Assembly: GCA_964016885.1 (NCBI GenBank)
Contig: OZ024745.1
Location: forward strand, 130,572,001 to 130,636,000
DNA: 64,000 nucleotides
Origin: Eledone cirrhosa
Lineage: Eukaryota
Reading direction: 5' to 3'
Positions within the stretch are counted from its first letter, which is position 1; every line of letters starts with the position of its first letter. This document shows positions 42,895 to 56,741 of this stretch, piece after piece. A program made the position numbers and the translations under genes. The notes below the pieces were generated by a model, which saw only the letters and a list, made by a program, of their open reading frames with translations, was not told the DNA's origin and searched no databases.

Positions 42895-43172
42895 CGTGCA
42901 TTTCGTTTCTACCAGTACAGCTACTGTATTATCGCTCCGTGTTCGTCGTATATACTTGTCTACATTTAACGAATACCTTTCATACATACCTGCAGCCATT
43001 ACAATATGAACTAAACTTATCTTTAGCTGTTTCCATGCATGTTAATTCATTTAACGAGGCGTTATGTTCTTATCTTAGCATAGATAACCACTGCATGCGC
43101 AGTTACCTGCATGTGTGGTTCCATGCACCTCTGCATTATATATTCCTAGGTTGCTATTTTGCCTTCGTTAAC

Positions 43173-43499
43173 ATTATTATTATTATTATTGCTACTACTA
43201 CTACTACTACTACTACTACTGCTGCTGCTACTACTATGAATATTATTACTACTATTACTACTACTAATATTACTACTGTTACTACTAATACTATTACTAC
43301 TACTACTACAACTACTACTACTATTACCACTACTACCACTACTACTACTGCTACTACTAATACTATTAGTGTTACTACTACTACTACTACTACTACTGCT
43401 ACTACTACTACTACAAGTGGTGATGCTGCTGATGTTGCTGCTGATGCTGCTCTTTCTAATAACATTATCCTTATTATAATCTCTACTACTACTACTAGC

Positions 43500-43543
<44 letters not shown>

Positions 43544-43560
43544 CAGCAGCAGCAGTAGTA
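43173..43560. repeat. (TAC)n then (AGT)n microsatellites in inverted orientation
   Basis: Direct inspection. Strand switch near ACTAGCAGT at about 43494. Confidence 0.9.
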
Positions 43561-43693
43561 TAGGGTTCCATATCTTCTCTGCCACTAAATTTATCTGACT
43601 CAATGCTTATTAATGTATCTATAGCTCTGTCCATATAGATGTATATATTCTCACTACGACGCACATTTTACCATACATATATATACATGTATG

Positions 43694-43799
<106 letters not shown>

Positions 43800-43935
43800 C
43801 ATGTATTTTCATCAATGTGTATATATATATATGTGTGTGGGAAACTATATTTTTTTTTCATTTTTATGTATTTATTTTATATTAACTCTTAATCCAATTT
43901 GGAAGTGTATCAACACGTATGCATGACAAACAAGA

Positions 43936-44094
<159 letters not shown>

Positions 44095-44114
44095 ATATAT
44101 ATATATATATATAT

Positions 44115-44489
44115 GTAGAAGTTGTATTTAATTTGTTGGAAGTCCAACAAACATAAATGTTTATAACTTATTTAGAGCACTCAACAAGTTACTGGAGTAA
44201 ATGTTCCATGATATTAAATAAATGGAAGCTATATTTATAAAACCATATTTATTTTATTATATATATTTCAAGGTCAATTAAGACAACATTGGTGCGCTTT
44301 CATCAGATAAAATACAAAGTTTGTTTTATAAATAGAGACGTACCCATGAACATTCTACCTTATCGGTTGGAAATTCACTGGATTGTATTTTATCTGATGA
44401 AAGCGCACTAATGTTGTCTTGGTTGCCCTTGAAATGTATATAATAAAATAAATATGGTTTTATAAATATAGTTTCCATTTATTTCATAT

Positions 44490-44494
<5 letters not shown>
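44115..44494 (-). mobile_element. PLE pLTR (about 44115-44377) followed by an inverted partial copy (44383-44494); HHR motifs at 44250-44314 (-) and 44386-44450 (+)
   Basis: TATTTTAT-CTGATGA-AAGCGCAC...GTTGCCCTT-GAAA-TGTATA-TA-ATAAAATA. Homologous to 45773-46038 and about 37589-37656. Confidence 0.82.
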
Positions 44495-44540
<46 letters not shown>

Positions 44541-44544
<4 letters not shown>

Positions 44545-44727
44545 AAAGGTAAACAGAAATAACACAATCGGTACAGTATATGGAAGGTATATATTAGGTT
44601 AACGCTTGATAGAGCAGGAAGAGGGTCTTAACGTTTTGGACGCTAGTCCTTCATCACAAGAAATAATGAGAAAAATGATAGATTCAGGGGACGGGCGAGA
44701 TGGAATTGGAGAAAATGTCTTTAGATA
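44541..44727 (-). mobile_element. Family C repeat copy with decayed HHR
   Basis: Reverse complement of 841-1035. Minus strand TCTT-GTGATGA-A-GGAC(tagc)GTCC-AAAA-CG-TT-AAGA. Confidence 0.75.
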
Positions 44728-44757
44728 AAAATAACGGGTCCGTTCATGTTGACATCT

Positions 44758-44819
<62 letters not shown>

Positions 44820-44897
44820 ACTCCCCGGACGTGGGGTGTCATTACTGGTGAAGACGGCTTGTGTTGGACCAGCCACACTTTTCTGAAATGTGGATGA

Positions 44898-44973
<76 letters not shown>

Positions 44974-45505
44974 GTGTGTGTGTACGTTTGTATATATGTG
45001 TTTGTGTGCGTATGTGTATATATATATATATGTTTGTATGTATGTATATATACAACGTATATGCATCTGTGTATATGTATATATATGTACATTTATGGTT
45101 TAGGCTTATATACACCTATGTTTTTGTATGCTGTACTAAGCTAGGAATATATCTGGATATATTTGTGTATGCACCTATGTTTCAATCAGAGTATATTTAA
45201 ACATTGTTCGCTCTATATGTAGTAATACTTCAACATGACACTTCTGCATCGGTTGCAAAAATTAGTCTTTATCAAGAGTTCACCAGCGTGTAAAGTGACT
45301 CGTTACTAGGGTGGACCTCGAGGCGAGTATTAGATGTTTAATGAAATCATTTTCCTTCAAGACATAAAAACATAGTTCATACAAAGGCTACTCATTTTTA
45401 TAGTATACCAACGATAATTTCAAATAACATTCTGTTACTCACACCTACACACGTATACGTAGGGGGACATGAACACAGAGCGCTCGTATAAATATATATA
45501 TATAC

Positions 45506-45623
<118 letters not shown>

Positions 45624-45772
45624 TTTTATGTGCATGTGTGTATGTGTGTGTGCTGTGCTTGTGTAGATAGTGCGGTTGGTATTACGTAAGTACGTCTGTA
45701 TGTGTGAATAAATAGAATTAATATATATTACATTTGATCTTAGCCAATATATACATATATATATATATATAA

Positions 45773-46038
45773 GTAGAAGGGGTATTTAATTTGTTGGAAA
45801 TCGGACAAATCTAAATCTAAATGTGTATAACTGATTTAGAGCACTCAACAAGTTCCTGGAGTAAATATTCAATGATATTAAATAAATGTAAACTATATTT
45901 ATAAAACCATATTTATTTTATTATATATATTTCAAGGGTACCAAAACACTTTGGTACGCTTTCTTCAGATAAAATACAAAGTTTGTTTTATAAATAGAGA
46001 TATACCAGGAAAAAAATACCTTATTAGTTGGATATTCA
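45773..46038 (-). mobile_element. PLE pseudo-LTR
   Basis: Diverged direct repeat of 44115-44377 with the same boundaries. Abuts the RT fragment. Confidence 0.8.
45914..45976 (-). ncRNA. Type-I hammerhead ribozyme motif in the pLTR
   Basis: Minus strand TATTTTAT-CTGAAGA-AAGCGTACCAAA(gtgt)TTTGGTACCCTT-GAAA-TATATA-TA-ATAAAATA. Confidence 0.88.
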
Positions 46039-46361
46039 AAAATGTTTTTATTAGCGGAGATGCATGAAATCCGTTTTTGGACACAATTGATAATAGTGTT
46101 CTTGATAGATCTAGGATGATTAGAGTTAAAACTTACATAGTTTAGATTCTCATTAATTTCATGGAATGGATAGTAGAGCCCTGTGTTAAGGTTTAATGTT
46201 AGGTCTAAAAAGTTAACAATTTTATAGTTATTCTCTATTTCTAACTTAAGGTTGTAGTTATTGAAGAATTGTATTATGGATTTTCTTTTCCTATTAATTT
46301 CACAATTACTATGATTTTCAATTAAAAGCAGCAAATCATCACGATATAAACCACCGGTCAT
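46036..46361 (-). pseudogene. Penelope-like element reverse transcriptase fragment (catalytic motif to thumb)
   Basis: ORF 45921-46361: GLYRDD ... VNFLDLTLNL ... YVSFNSNHP ... KRISCIS, characteristic PLE RT motifs. 5'-truncated, no GIY-YIG. Confidence 0.9.
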
Positions 46362-46647
46362 CTCTGGTATTTGATATATATATATTTGATATTTGATATC
46401 AAATATATCATCTCTGGTTTTTTATATATATATATATATCAAATTACAAAATATGAGGAAATAATAGACAAGAATATACCTATCTTTTCTTCAAGCTATA
46501 TATATATATATATATGTGTGTGTGAGTATGTATGTGTGTATGTGTGTGTGTGTACGGGTGTGGGGACTGTGTATGCGTGTATTTTCTTATGTGTATTTAT
46601 AAATATCTTATAGACACATATATACGTGTAAATCTTATATTTATTAA

Positions 46648-47130
46648 ATGCGTCCTTGCCTCTTTCCTCGGAGCTTAAAGGTCAATGCTACTGACTATAA
46701 GAGTGTATTGGAGAGGGTTGTGAGGGTATGGATAGAAAGCGTGATCACAGGAAGACCGTACACCTAAGATCAATATACAGCACCATCTCATACGACCAAC
46801 ACGACCCACCGGCCGCCCAACCGACGCTCGGACGTCGAGTCTGACGCCAACGCTGCAGCCCCGTACCGGTTCACCGCTTCGCGTACAATCTTCATGGTCA
46901 CGTCATCCAAAACATATGGTCTTCCAGTTATCCAAACGTGAATCCATTGGACTGTATGAGGAGAAGGGTGTCAATCAACGCCCTCATAACTCTACAAAAT
47001 CCTTGAAGTCCGCCATATGTACTACAATATCCAACATAGATAAAACAAAATCATCTGATTCGGGCATGTCAACGTTTCAGACTTCCTATCAAAGCAGTTA
47101 TGAATTCTAACAGCGATATTATTGGAAAGA
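46648..47130 (+). pseudogene. Decayed Tc1/mariner transposase C-terminal half (DD37D/maT-like)
   Basis: MRPCLFPRSLKVNATDYKSVLERVVRVWIESVITGRPYT*DQYTAPSH ... NLHGHVIQNIWSSSYPNVNPLD ... HNSTKSLKSAI ... HLIRACQRFR. Matches the QQDxAPxH and WPPxSPDLNPLD motifs. Stops and frameshifts present. Confidence 0.85.
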
Positions 47131-47376
47131 TCGGTCCAGAGGCGTCTCAAGATTATTTCACGCCAATTTCAAATAAAGTTCCTCTTTATAAAATATGGTA
47201 GGTGTAAGTGAAATACATTTTCCATTACTTAGAATCCTTTTAAATAGGTTTATAGTTCATTTATCAATTCTGTGTAACTGGTGAGTATGATAATGTTATT
47301 TTTTTATTTAGATGTCATCCAATGAGAAGAAAATGTATTCCAGTCACTGTTTATCATTTCGTTTAAGGGTTTATAG

Positions 47377-47734
47377 TAATGATTCCTACCGCGAGGCGCA
47401 TGTCCTACGGGGGCTGGAGATAATTTGAATATAATGGGGCGGGGGCAATTTGAATGTGATATAATATGACCAAACTTCCAGTTAAACTTCGTCTACACAT
47501 GTTATCGTGTATCTGCACTGTTTTATCTTGAGCTCAATAAATGAAGTCGAACTTAAATTAGAAGAAAGAATTGTTTGCCTAATTTTTAGCTTTGTATAAT
47601 TAAAGGATGTCTACTTTATATTACAGTAATTACACTTTTACAAAACACAGTCTTGATTTTATATTAAAGGGGTACATAAGCATTTTTTAGATGTTGAGGT
47701 GGAGCATGGAACAATAAAGGTTGGGAGTTTTCTG
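47377..47734. mobile_element. Degenerate hAT-like MITE
   Basis: TAATGATTCCTACC ... AAAGGTTGGGAGTTTTCTG with flanks GTTTATAG / CTCCATAG. A similar orphan right end (AAAGATTGGGAACCGCTG|GTCTAGAG) lies at about 20041-20066. Confidence 0.45.
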
Positions 47735-48430
47735 CTCCATAGTGATTCAAGACGATAGAATGTAATTTAAGGTATAACATTTCCGCTATGTTTAACATAT
47801 TCACAAAGCACGTAAAGAGAGCCACATAGAAAGAGCATAATTCCAGTAATAATCTCCGATATATTCACCATTAGCCAAAACCCTTGAAAATATAACATAC
47901 AAAACATTAGCTGATAAATGACAGAAATATAACAAAATAAAGAATATCTACTTGGATTTCAGGACCATTTTGCTATAAATTATTTATAAAATATTTTCAA
48001 AATTAATCAGTCAACCAACGAATCACATCTAATTAAATATCTGAACAAAGTAATTGAAGAATTAGTTCTTGGCTCAAATCCAATAAATACCTTTAAAAAA
48101 ATACAACTTGAAAATTGGGGAAAAAATAATTGGAATGGAAGATTAAAGCAAACATGATTGATTGATTATTTTTAGAAGAAATGTTCATGTTTTGTTATGC
48201 CTTTCTGCATATTATTTCCATGAAATGTGAATGGTTCCCTGAAAGAAGTTTAATTTAATAAATAATATTATTGTTATTCTAAAACATTATTTACTCCAAA
48301 AATGTTTTATGTCCAAAGAGTTAGAGTTCGATATAACGGAGCGCCCAACTATAACTAATGAGTAAATGTTTAATTCGGTATGTGATTCCTATAAATATCA
48401 TTAATCTGTTTGACTTGATTCAATTAGACG

Positions 48431-48471
<41 letters not shown>

Positions 48472-48492
48472 ATGTATATATATATGTATATA

Positions 48493-48524
<32 letters not shown>

Positions 48525-48939
48525 CATATATATATATATGTGTATGTATATATATAAACACATTTATATATATATATATATAACGTGCTGTGTGGATGTG
48601 TAAGTGTGTTTATGTATTTATCTATGTTCAGTAATGAGCAATCATTAATATCCCACATTAACTCGCAAATATATCAAATCTTTAGAATAGTTTCAGCGAT
48701 ATTTCATGTATTAAAAGAATATAAATGATAAACGCATTCTATCACATTCACCATGACTACGCTGAAACATCACCACCTCCTCCAACATTACCATCACTAA
48801 CAGCAAGACACCATTGGTAACATCACCACCAGTACGCTCTTCCCCCCTATCATCTTAATTTAATTTGACCATCTCCTCTACAATCTCAGGCGTTACTACC
48901 TGACGATAGCACTTTCATCACTACTACAAACACCGACGT

Positions 48940-49032
<93 letters not shown>

Positions 49033-51016
49033 CCATCAGAAATGCCACTAACAAGATGACAATTATAATTATCACTACTGAGACCACAATATACCCATCA
49101 TTCCTGTCATCATTACTAACAATACCACTATGCCTACTGGCCACCACAATAACAATGTTCTACTATCTAATATGAAGTAGTTCTAGCAACAGAAATGCCA
49201 ATACGAATTTTTATATATCCTATCAAAACTACAACAATCAGAAATAACGACGCCATTAATATTTTTATCATCACTGCCAACCTTTCCGCTATGTTTGCAA
49301 AGAATAGCAACGCAATCATTAGAGTTGTTACAATTATGTTCTCCACTATGATTACTACAAACAATGAGGAAGCAGAGGAACAGTGTTTTTTTCTTCGTGA
49401 AAAACAACAGCCATATTTCCCTCAATTCACATCCGAGATTCTTAATGAAAAGTATATTCAAACAAGATAATTTAGTTCTAGATACGCTGTATCTGTGAAA
49501 CAAATACAGCGTGATTACGACTAGAAACGCTTTGATCATAGATTTGTTTGTTGATGACTGATCTGGGGTTAAAGAACAACAAGAAAACACCATTACTAAT
49601 AGCACCTCAAACTTATCCCATGAAATTTCAGCAGGATTGTTATTGATTTCAACGACAGATATTAATCACAGCAACCATGGAGAGCAACTAGTATACAGTC
49701 TTTAAAATGTGAAAGACTCTTTCAATAACGTTGTCTTAGATACAAGGAATCTGATAAAGAGATGAGAAGGATACTGTGACAACACTTTTGATAACTCGGT
49801 CATAGAATAGTTTATTATAGAGATATCGTTAGGTTAAATATAAAACAAAATATATAATAACATTAATACCAATAACACAGTCTGTATCATAAGCAATGAC
49901 ACCACATCCACTTTCCTTTCCCCGAACAAACCTCATATCGCATATGATAGCAACACTTCAACTAGCCAGACCAATAACTACTAGCAACAACACCTATTCC
50001 ATAAGCACATCGTCTGCTATGAGACACTTCAATAAAGGAGCACCAACAAATATATTATCCTGTAATAGCAATATACTAAAAACTATATTAACTCTGAGAA
50101 CGAAAATATCCATACACAATTAGAGCAAATTTCGCCAATACGAAACACAAGGACAAACAGACAATGGAGTTAACAAGAATCAACTTAAAATGACAAAACA
50201 AGATAACAACAAGAAACAATTTATCACAAATAATATTTTTCAAGCAGAGTTGACAACAATAGCGTTCATATCTTCATATAGTGTCTTTGAATACACTTGT
50301 ATTAAAGAAACATAACATACACTTTATTTTAACCTAATGGGATAGTGAGGTAAGTTAACGTTTCGTGTTTGCGTATAATTAGGATTCAGCCAGACCAGAC
50401 AATTACAATTACAAGAGGTTTTCTTTACTCTAAAATGGTAAGAACCTGTTATATTAAGATAGCTTGGGGAAAGACGAACCTCATTAAGCTGACTTACTCT
50501 ACATGCTTGTATTTACTTGTACTTATGGAGGCGTTCACCCGGAGTTGGTTGAGCCGGCTCCTTCGAAGGAATTCACGTTGTAAGTTTATTTCAATGGAGT
50601 TTCTTCGGGTGATTGGTTTCACAAGCAGTGCCCAGTTGCAAGTATATGCACTTTAGGATAGTGCATTCCAAGCATTGCATCTGTTATAAGATCGAGTTCT
50701 TGCTTTAACGCCCAACCCAATTTGTTGGAGCCAGTGCCGCGACGGGTCGCATGGAGGGGAGTTTGGCCGACAAAGGTGATAAACACAACCAATTTGAGCC
50801 AATTTGTAGGCCAGCAGGAGCTCACCCCACTGACCAGATAAGGCATAGCAACTCTTGGCACCCTCCTATATACACATTATGATAAAGAATTATCTATGAC
50901 CGGAATGGATTAGACATTCTTACCTGCACCATTCATGCAATAAATTATGTTTTCTGACGTCTCAAGTAACAGTGTTTTTGGTTTTCCCACGATTATTGGA
51001 TCACTCGTAATGTAAT

Positions 51017-51163
51017 GGTTTCTTATATAGGCACACAAGGCCAGCAACTTTTTGGGGGTGAGGAGAAATCGACCCCAGTACTTTATTTTATCGGGGGTAC
51101 TTTTATTACCCCCTGAAAAGCAAAGTTAACCTCGGCGAAATTTGAACTCAGATCATAAAGGGC
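51017..51163 (-). mobile_element. Partial SINE (major family, long-tail subtype)
   Basis: CAAGGCCAGCAA ... GCAAAGTTAACCTCGGCGAAATTTGAACTCAGATC. Confidence 0.8.
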
Positions 51164-52092
51164 CAATCTTAACATGTTCAGTGCATAATTTTTTCTTCAA
51201 TACAAACGTCAAAGTTGATTAGAAACTATGACCATCTCGTTATTCTTCGTGATTCTTCGACATTTATTCCCCGTCTTCGTTCACTTCTCTCGTCCATACT
51301 CCTACATATTTTCCTCTCCCTCCTTTCTCTTATACGACTACTCTGCGGAAGAAGAAAAGAAAATATTTTGTTTATTTGAAAAAAGATGTTAAAACTGTTT
51401 TCTTTTTCACTCGAATTCCATGGCTGTCATCCATTTAAGAGAATACATAATGCATGTAATTTCCAGATTCTTAGATTCAAATGTAACGTTTTAATTCTGC
51501 TTTATTTTCTTTAATCGATTCAAAGATGAATTAAAACGTTGTGTTTTGTCGATCGAAAATTAGTATAATAGGAACAAGAATATACGTTAGAATTAAAATG
51601 CCAAATCAAAAGATAAACATAATATTCATAATACATTTAGTGTAGATTCCGAACATCATCCAGTTATCTGATCTCCAACTGAAAAGCAGATACATAGAAA
51701 TGTATCAACTGAGTGAAATTGCTTTGTTAAAGACAATGAAATTAATATGTCACACCTTCAAAGTTCTCACTGTGTCGCATTAGATAGATAACAAAGTCAA
51801 ATTTGCAATTTAGGTTAAAGCTCTAACGCTTATTGTTTGGAATGTAAAGAAAATCGATAAGAAACAATCGCAAAATGATTGGTGATGATAATTGTAATGT
51901 GTTGAGAAAGGTCACAGAAATTTGTCACAGTATCGAGGCAAGGAATTCGACTAAGTCCCTGTAATAAATCGTAAAAAACGCTATTACTCGACATGTAAAA
52001 AAGAGAAATGTATTTCGCTGTTCCACATACCTTTTAATGGTTTACCTATATATATAGAGAGCGAGAGTGAGGATTTATATAAGTAGACATTA

Positions 52093-52180
<88 letters not shown>

Positions 52181-52950
52181 ATTATTGATGGAGGAGAGAG
52201 GAAGGAGGGTGAGAGAGAAAGAGAGGAAGTATGTTCACATACAATTCACTGTTAGTAACTTCGTGAAAACTTGAAATACATAATCATCACACATTCCTCT
52301 CTTTCAATCAACATCCAAAATATAGTGCTATGTTCTTCGTAAGAAAATATAATTTGTCTAAAATTGGTGAGCACTGTGGATATTGCGTCTCCTATTCTAT
52401 TTTTGCTGACGTTTTTATATCACTTACACTATTAATGCCTCAATTAATGATACACGGTCACCATATTCCTTTCACCCCTTCATCTAATTTATATTCCTTT
52501 CACCTCTTCATTTAATTTATACGACCGTTGTATCTAGTTATATTAGAAATGGTTATCTCTGTATATAAGGACACAGTGAGATTGTCAGATAGGTTACAGC
52601 GATGGCTTAAATATCTTACTGCATTTTAAAATATTTTCAATAGAAAGGAGGATGTGACATGAAGTCAGCAATATGGTTGTAGGAAATTGTTAAAGCTATT
52701 AATTTCCAGTACACCACAGTATTTCTCGATTTGGCTGATGGTACGCAGAATCGTGTTGAAGCTCCAATTCTTCCAACATTTCCTGGTGAACATGTGAGGA
52801 CACCTTTTATTAGACACGTCTTTCACAAGCTCGTCTTTTTAACAGAGCCGCATTCCATGACCAGGAGCCGATGCTTGACAAGTAAGATGTAATAAGGCGC
52901 TCACATCTCTCTGTTAGTTGGACAATGTCGTTGATAGAAGTTCGACTTTG

Positions 52951-52966
52951 AGGTGGTGGTAGTGGC

Positions 52967-53033
<67 letters not shown>

Positions 53034-53034
53034 A

Positions 53035-53071
<37 letters not shown>

Positions 53072-53116
53072 GGTAGTGGTGGTGGTGGTGGTAGTGGCCG
53101 TAGTAATAGCAGTAGC
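52951..53116. repeat. (AGT)n/(GGT)n microsatellite
   Basis: Direct inspection. Confidence 0.95.
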
Positions 53117-53221
53117 AACATTAGATTCTACGTAGTATATGTTAAGGGGAAAATAAATAAACGTCAGATATGTAATTATCAACAGCAACATAGAATTGAT
53201 AAATGTGCCATCGCCTCCATT

Positions 53222-53349
53222 TCTCACGCCCTCCCCATCTCTCTGTATTGTGAGAAAATGGAGTGCCACGTGTTGGCCGCTCCACGGCCCCGGCGGACAG
53301 AATGGAGAAGGTGTTTCCACGGAGGATGGTAAGGGAGATGCGCTGGAAG
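53222..53349. repeat. Second copy of the GC-rich dispersed repeat
   Basis: Homologous to 26655-26786. Confidence 0.85.
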
Positions 53350-53476
53350 AGCTACGAGGAGAGAATTAGTGGTGTATAAGGAAAGACGTTCTCGGCGAGA
53401 GTCTGGGGAACTTTCAGTACAGAGCTGATGGATAATTCCCAGAGTTGTTATACAGGACATTGCTTGCCGGTTCGAA

Positions 53477-53571
53477 ATAATCTCTATAGGCATAAAAGTC
53501 TCGTTAGCCGGGTACTGTGCGAGATAATCTCTATAGGCATAACAGTCTCGTTAGCCGGGTACTGTGCGAGA
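53477..53571. repeat. 47-bp tandem duplication
   Basis: ATAATCTCTATAGGCATAA(A/C)AGTCTCGTTAGCCGGGTACTGTGCGAG, twice. Confidence 0.9.
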
Positions 53572-53776
53572 TGTGCGCAGGCAGATTAAACCGACATGCA
53601 CAAAGCTTTACAGTGATAGGATATTACTGACTTTTGAGTTGTACAACCTCCGATCATTTCAACAGCCCTACCTACCTCTACACATTTATTATGCTCTAAG
53701 TTCAGTTCCAGCATTTATTTTTAGATTCAACTTCCATATTCCTTTTGCTATTATCTAGCAGATATTATTAATGATA

Positions 53777-53965
53777 AGGCGGTGAATTGGCAGTATCGGT
53801 AGAGAGTCGGAAGCCATGCTTTCTAGCATAGAGTTACGTCCCTTTATGGTCTGAGTTCAAATCCCGTCGAGGTTAGCTTTGCCTTTCATCCTTACGAGGT
53901 CGATAAAATAAAGTACCAGTAATGCACTGGGATAATTGCTGGCCTTGTGCCAAAAGTAGAAACAG
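53777..53965 (+). mobile_element. tRNA-derived SINE (major family)
   Basis: Full-length match. Confidence 0.9.
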
Positions 53966-54843
53966 TTATTAACGAGTACTCCTGTAAAGCTATACACAGA
54001 GTTGTTTTCTTTTTTAATCTAAGAATCACGCAGTGTTCTAAGATTATTTTACCTTAATATTTAGTTCCAATTCAACACACTAGTCAGTAAGACCAATAAT
54101 CAAGGGCTTTCCCGCTGCGACAACGCCGTCCTCTTCTGAGGTAGAGTTCATCTATAGCCGCATTAACAATCGTGACATTTGTTTCGAAGACAATATGGCA
54201 TGGTTTAAGGGTGAAGTGACAATTATTTCTAACAATGCAAATGACTACATAGGGATTCCAGATTTAACTGTATATAATGCTGATGTAAATTTACAATTCA
54301 AAATCTGCAATAGCTATTTTAAAGACAATAATAATTTTCTGATCAGCTTCAGCTGACATGGTCACAGAATTGCGTCGTCAAAATTTAACTTTTGACTTAC
54401 GAGAGGAAATGGCAGCCGGTGAAACTGAATAAAAGACATTGTATGAAATGGGTTCTGCAAAATTGTAATAGAAACTATTTATCTGGAGGCAGTTTCATTT
54501 TTTTTTTCTCTTTTACATTTACACTCCTTCTGTACAACCAATACCCAGGTTTCTCTACAATATGGCTGGCATGACTTTCAGCTAAAATACTCTAATTAGT
54601 ATCTCAAAGAACGAAGCCTGAGCTCACATTTTTCTTCACTTAATTTCTATTTGTTAATATTTCACAGGCAAAACAAAAATAAAGAATTTTAAGCTAAAAT
54701 ATTAACAACATTGAATCATAAGATTCCATAACGAAGCAACATCAACAACACATTGAACGGGTTATGTTGAATAGTATTAATTAAGATTGGGAAATAATTC
54801 AAATATCACAAAATATTGCTATCAGCATAGAAGCACCCTCAAA

Positions 54844-55252
54844 CATTATCATCATCGTCATCATCCTCATCATCATCATCATCATCATTATCATTGTTAG
54901 CGTCACTATCATCATCATCTCCTTCTTCCTCATCATCATCATCAACTTCATCACCATCACAATCATCATCATCGCCATCATCATCATCAGCAGCAGCAGC
55001 GTCATCGTCAACTTCATCATCATTATAATCAACATCATCACCATCATCAATATTAGCAGCAGCAGCATAGCAGCAGCAGCAGCATCATCATTATCATTAT
55101 CATCATCACCCATCGCCATCATCATCACCATCATCATCATCGTCCTTAGCGTCACTACATCAACACCATCATTATCCCCATAATCATCACCATCATCATC
55201 GTCATCATCCTTATCACCATCACCATCATCATCAACATCAACATCATCAACA
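54844..55252. repeat. Imperfect (CAT)n/(CAG)n microsatellite
   Basis: Direct inspection. Confidence 0.9.
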
Positions 55253-55292
55253 TTCTCTTAAACGACATTCTTCTGTTAATATTAATGAAATT

Positions 55293-55500
55293 AATGCACT
55301 GGGTAATTGCTGGCCTTGTGCCTAAAGTAAAAACAATTAATGAAATTATCGCTGTCATCATTACAGTGGACTGGCAGAATCGGTAGAGCGTCGGACAACA
55401 TGATTTCCAGCATAGAGTTGCGGCCCTTTAAGTTCTGAGTTCAAATCCCACCTACGTTGTTTTGCCTGTCATCGTTACAGAGTCAATAAAATAAAGTACC
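55293..55500 (+). mobile_element. SINE 3' fragment (55293-55338) and older SINE 5' part (55365-55500)
   Basis: Matches to the major SINE. Confidence 0.75.
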
Positions 55501-55653
55501 CACAAAGAGCCACACTCAAGGACAGAAGGCACAGGGTGGGAAAAGCACGACTCCAAGTCATCAAACCCTGACAAGACTTTCAGCTGAAACCGCTGTGGGT
55601 GTGCTTGCCTGTCCCACATTGGCCCGAGGAGCCAGGAGCATGCCTGCAATTAA
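55500..55653 (+). pseudogene. RTE-clade LINE 3'-end fragment (C-terminal Cys/His motif)
   Basis: PDKTFS*NRCGCACLSHIGPRSQEHACN* resembles FxCxxCGRxCxSRIGLxSHxRAC. Confidence 0.65.
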
Positions 55654-56091
55654 AGTCGACCACCACTTTCACAATATTCGTTCTCAAAGCCAAGCCATAA
55701 AAAAAAAGAAATGAGTTTCTCCTTGTAATTACCGTTCCCATTAAAGCTAAAGTATTGCAATCAACCACTGACGAGTTATCAGATGTGCCCAGATTATTTA
55801 AAATCTCGGGCTTCGAATTTACTACCTCCCCGTGATTTGTTCTGAATGTCTAACATTTACTTACAAAACATTTTCCAAATGGCTGTACATTTCACATCAA
55901 TATGATACTCTGTAACCCTCCAAACTACGTGGAGCATTAATTTTAAATTGCTGTGGTCAAAGTGCCTAATTAAGTTGGCTTGGATTCTATAAGATTAATT
56001 CTATAGTAGGTGAATGCACAGAAATGGAAATGAGGTCTAGAAATATATTGAGGAGACTGTAACTGTGGGTGAATGATATATATATATAATG

Positions 56092-56300
56092 GCTTCTTAT
56101 ATAGGCACAAGGTCAGCAATATTGCGGGAGGAGAAAGACTATTTAATCGACCCCAGTGCGTAACTAATACTTTGTTTTATCGACCCCGCAAGGATGAAAG
56201 GCAAAGTTAACGGGATTTGAACTCAGATCATAAAGGGCTTTAACTCTATGCTGCAAAGTATAACGTCCGACCCTCTACCGATACCGCCAACTCACCACCC
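56092..56300 (-). mobile_element. tRNA-derived SINE (long-tail subtype)
   Basis: Full-length match. Flanked by GAATGATATATATATA on both sides. Confidence 0.9.
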
Positions 56301-56355
56301 TTAGAATGATATATATATAATGATATCAAACGTATACCAGATAACATTATGTATT

Positions 56356-56536
56356 GGATTGGCAGTATCGGTAGAGGGTCGGACGCCATGCTTTCCAGCA
56401 TAGTTACGTCCCTTTACGATCTGAGTTCAAATCTCGCCGAGGTTGACTTTGCCTTTCATCCTTACGGGGTCGATAAAATAAAGTACCAGTAATGCACTGG
56501 GTAATTGCTGGCCTTGTGCCTGAAGTAGAAACAATT
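56356..56536 (+). mobile_element. tRNA-derived SINE with TSD ATTATGTATT
   Basis: TSD at 56346-56355 and 56534-56543. Confidence 0.93.
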
Positions 56537-56552
56537 ATGTATTATATGAGCT

Positions 56553-56741
56553 GGTGGTGGATTGGCAGTATCGGTAGAGGGTCGGACGCCATGCTTTGAC
56601 GCATAGAGTTACGGCCCTTGCCATTCTGAGGTCCAATCCCGCCGAGGTTAACTTTGTCTATCATCCTTATGGGGTCGATAAAATAAAGTACCAGTAATGC
56701 ACTGGGTAATTGCTGGCCTTGTGCCAAAAGTAGAAACAATT
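56553..56741 (+). mobile_element. tRNA-derived SINE with TSD AATTATGTATTATATGAGC
   Basis: TSD at 56533-56551 and 56738-56756. Confidence 0.93.

Noticed and set aside
52810-52950. Possible RTE 3'-end remnant on the minus strand (YLSSIGS)
   Set aside because: Similarity to the C-terminal motif is too weak to call by eye.
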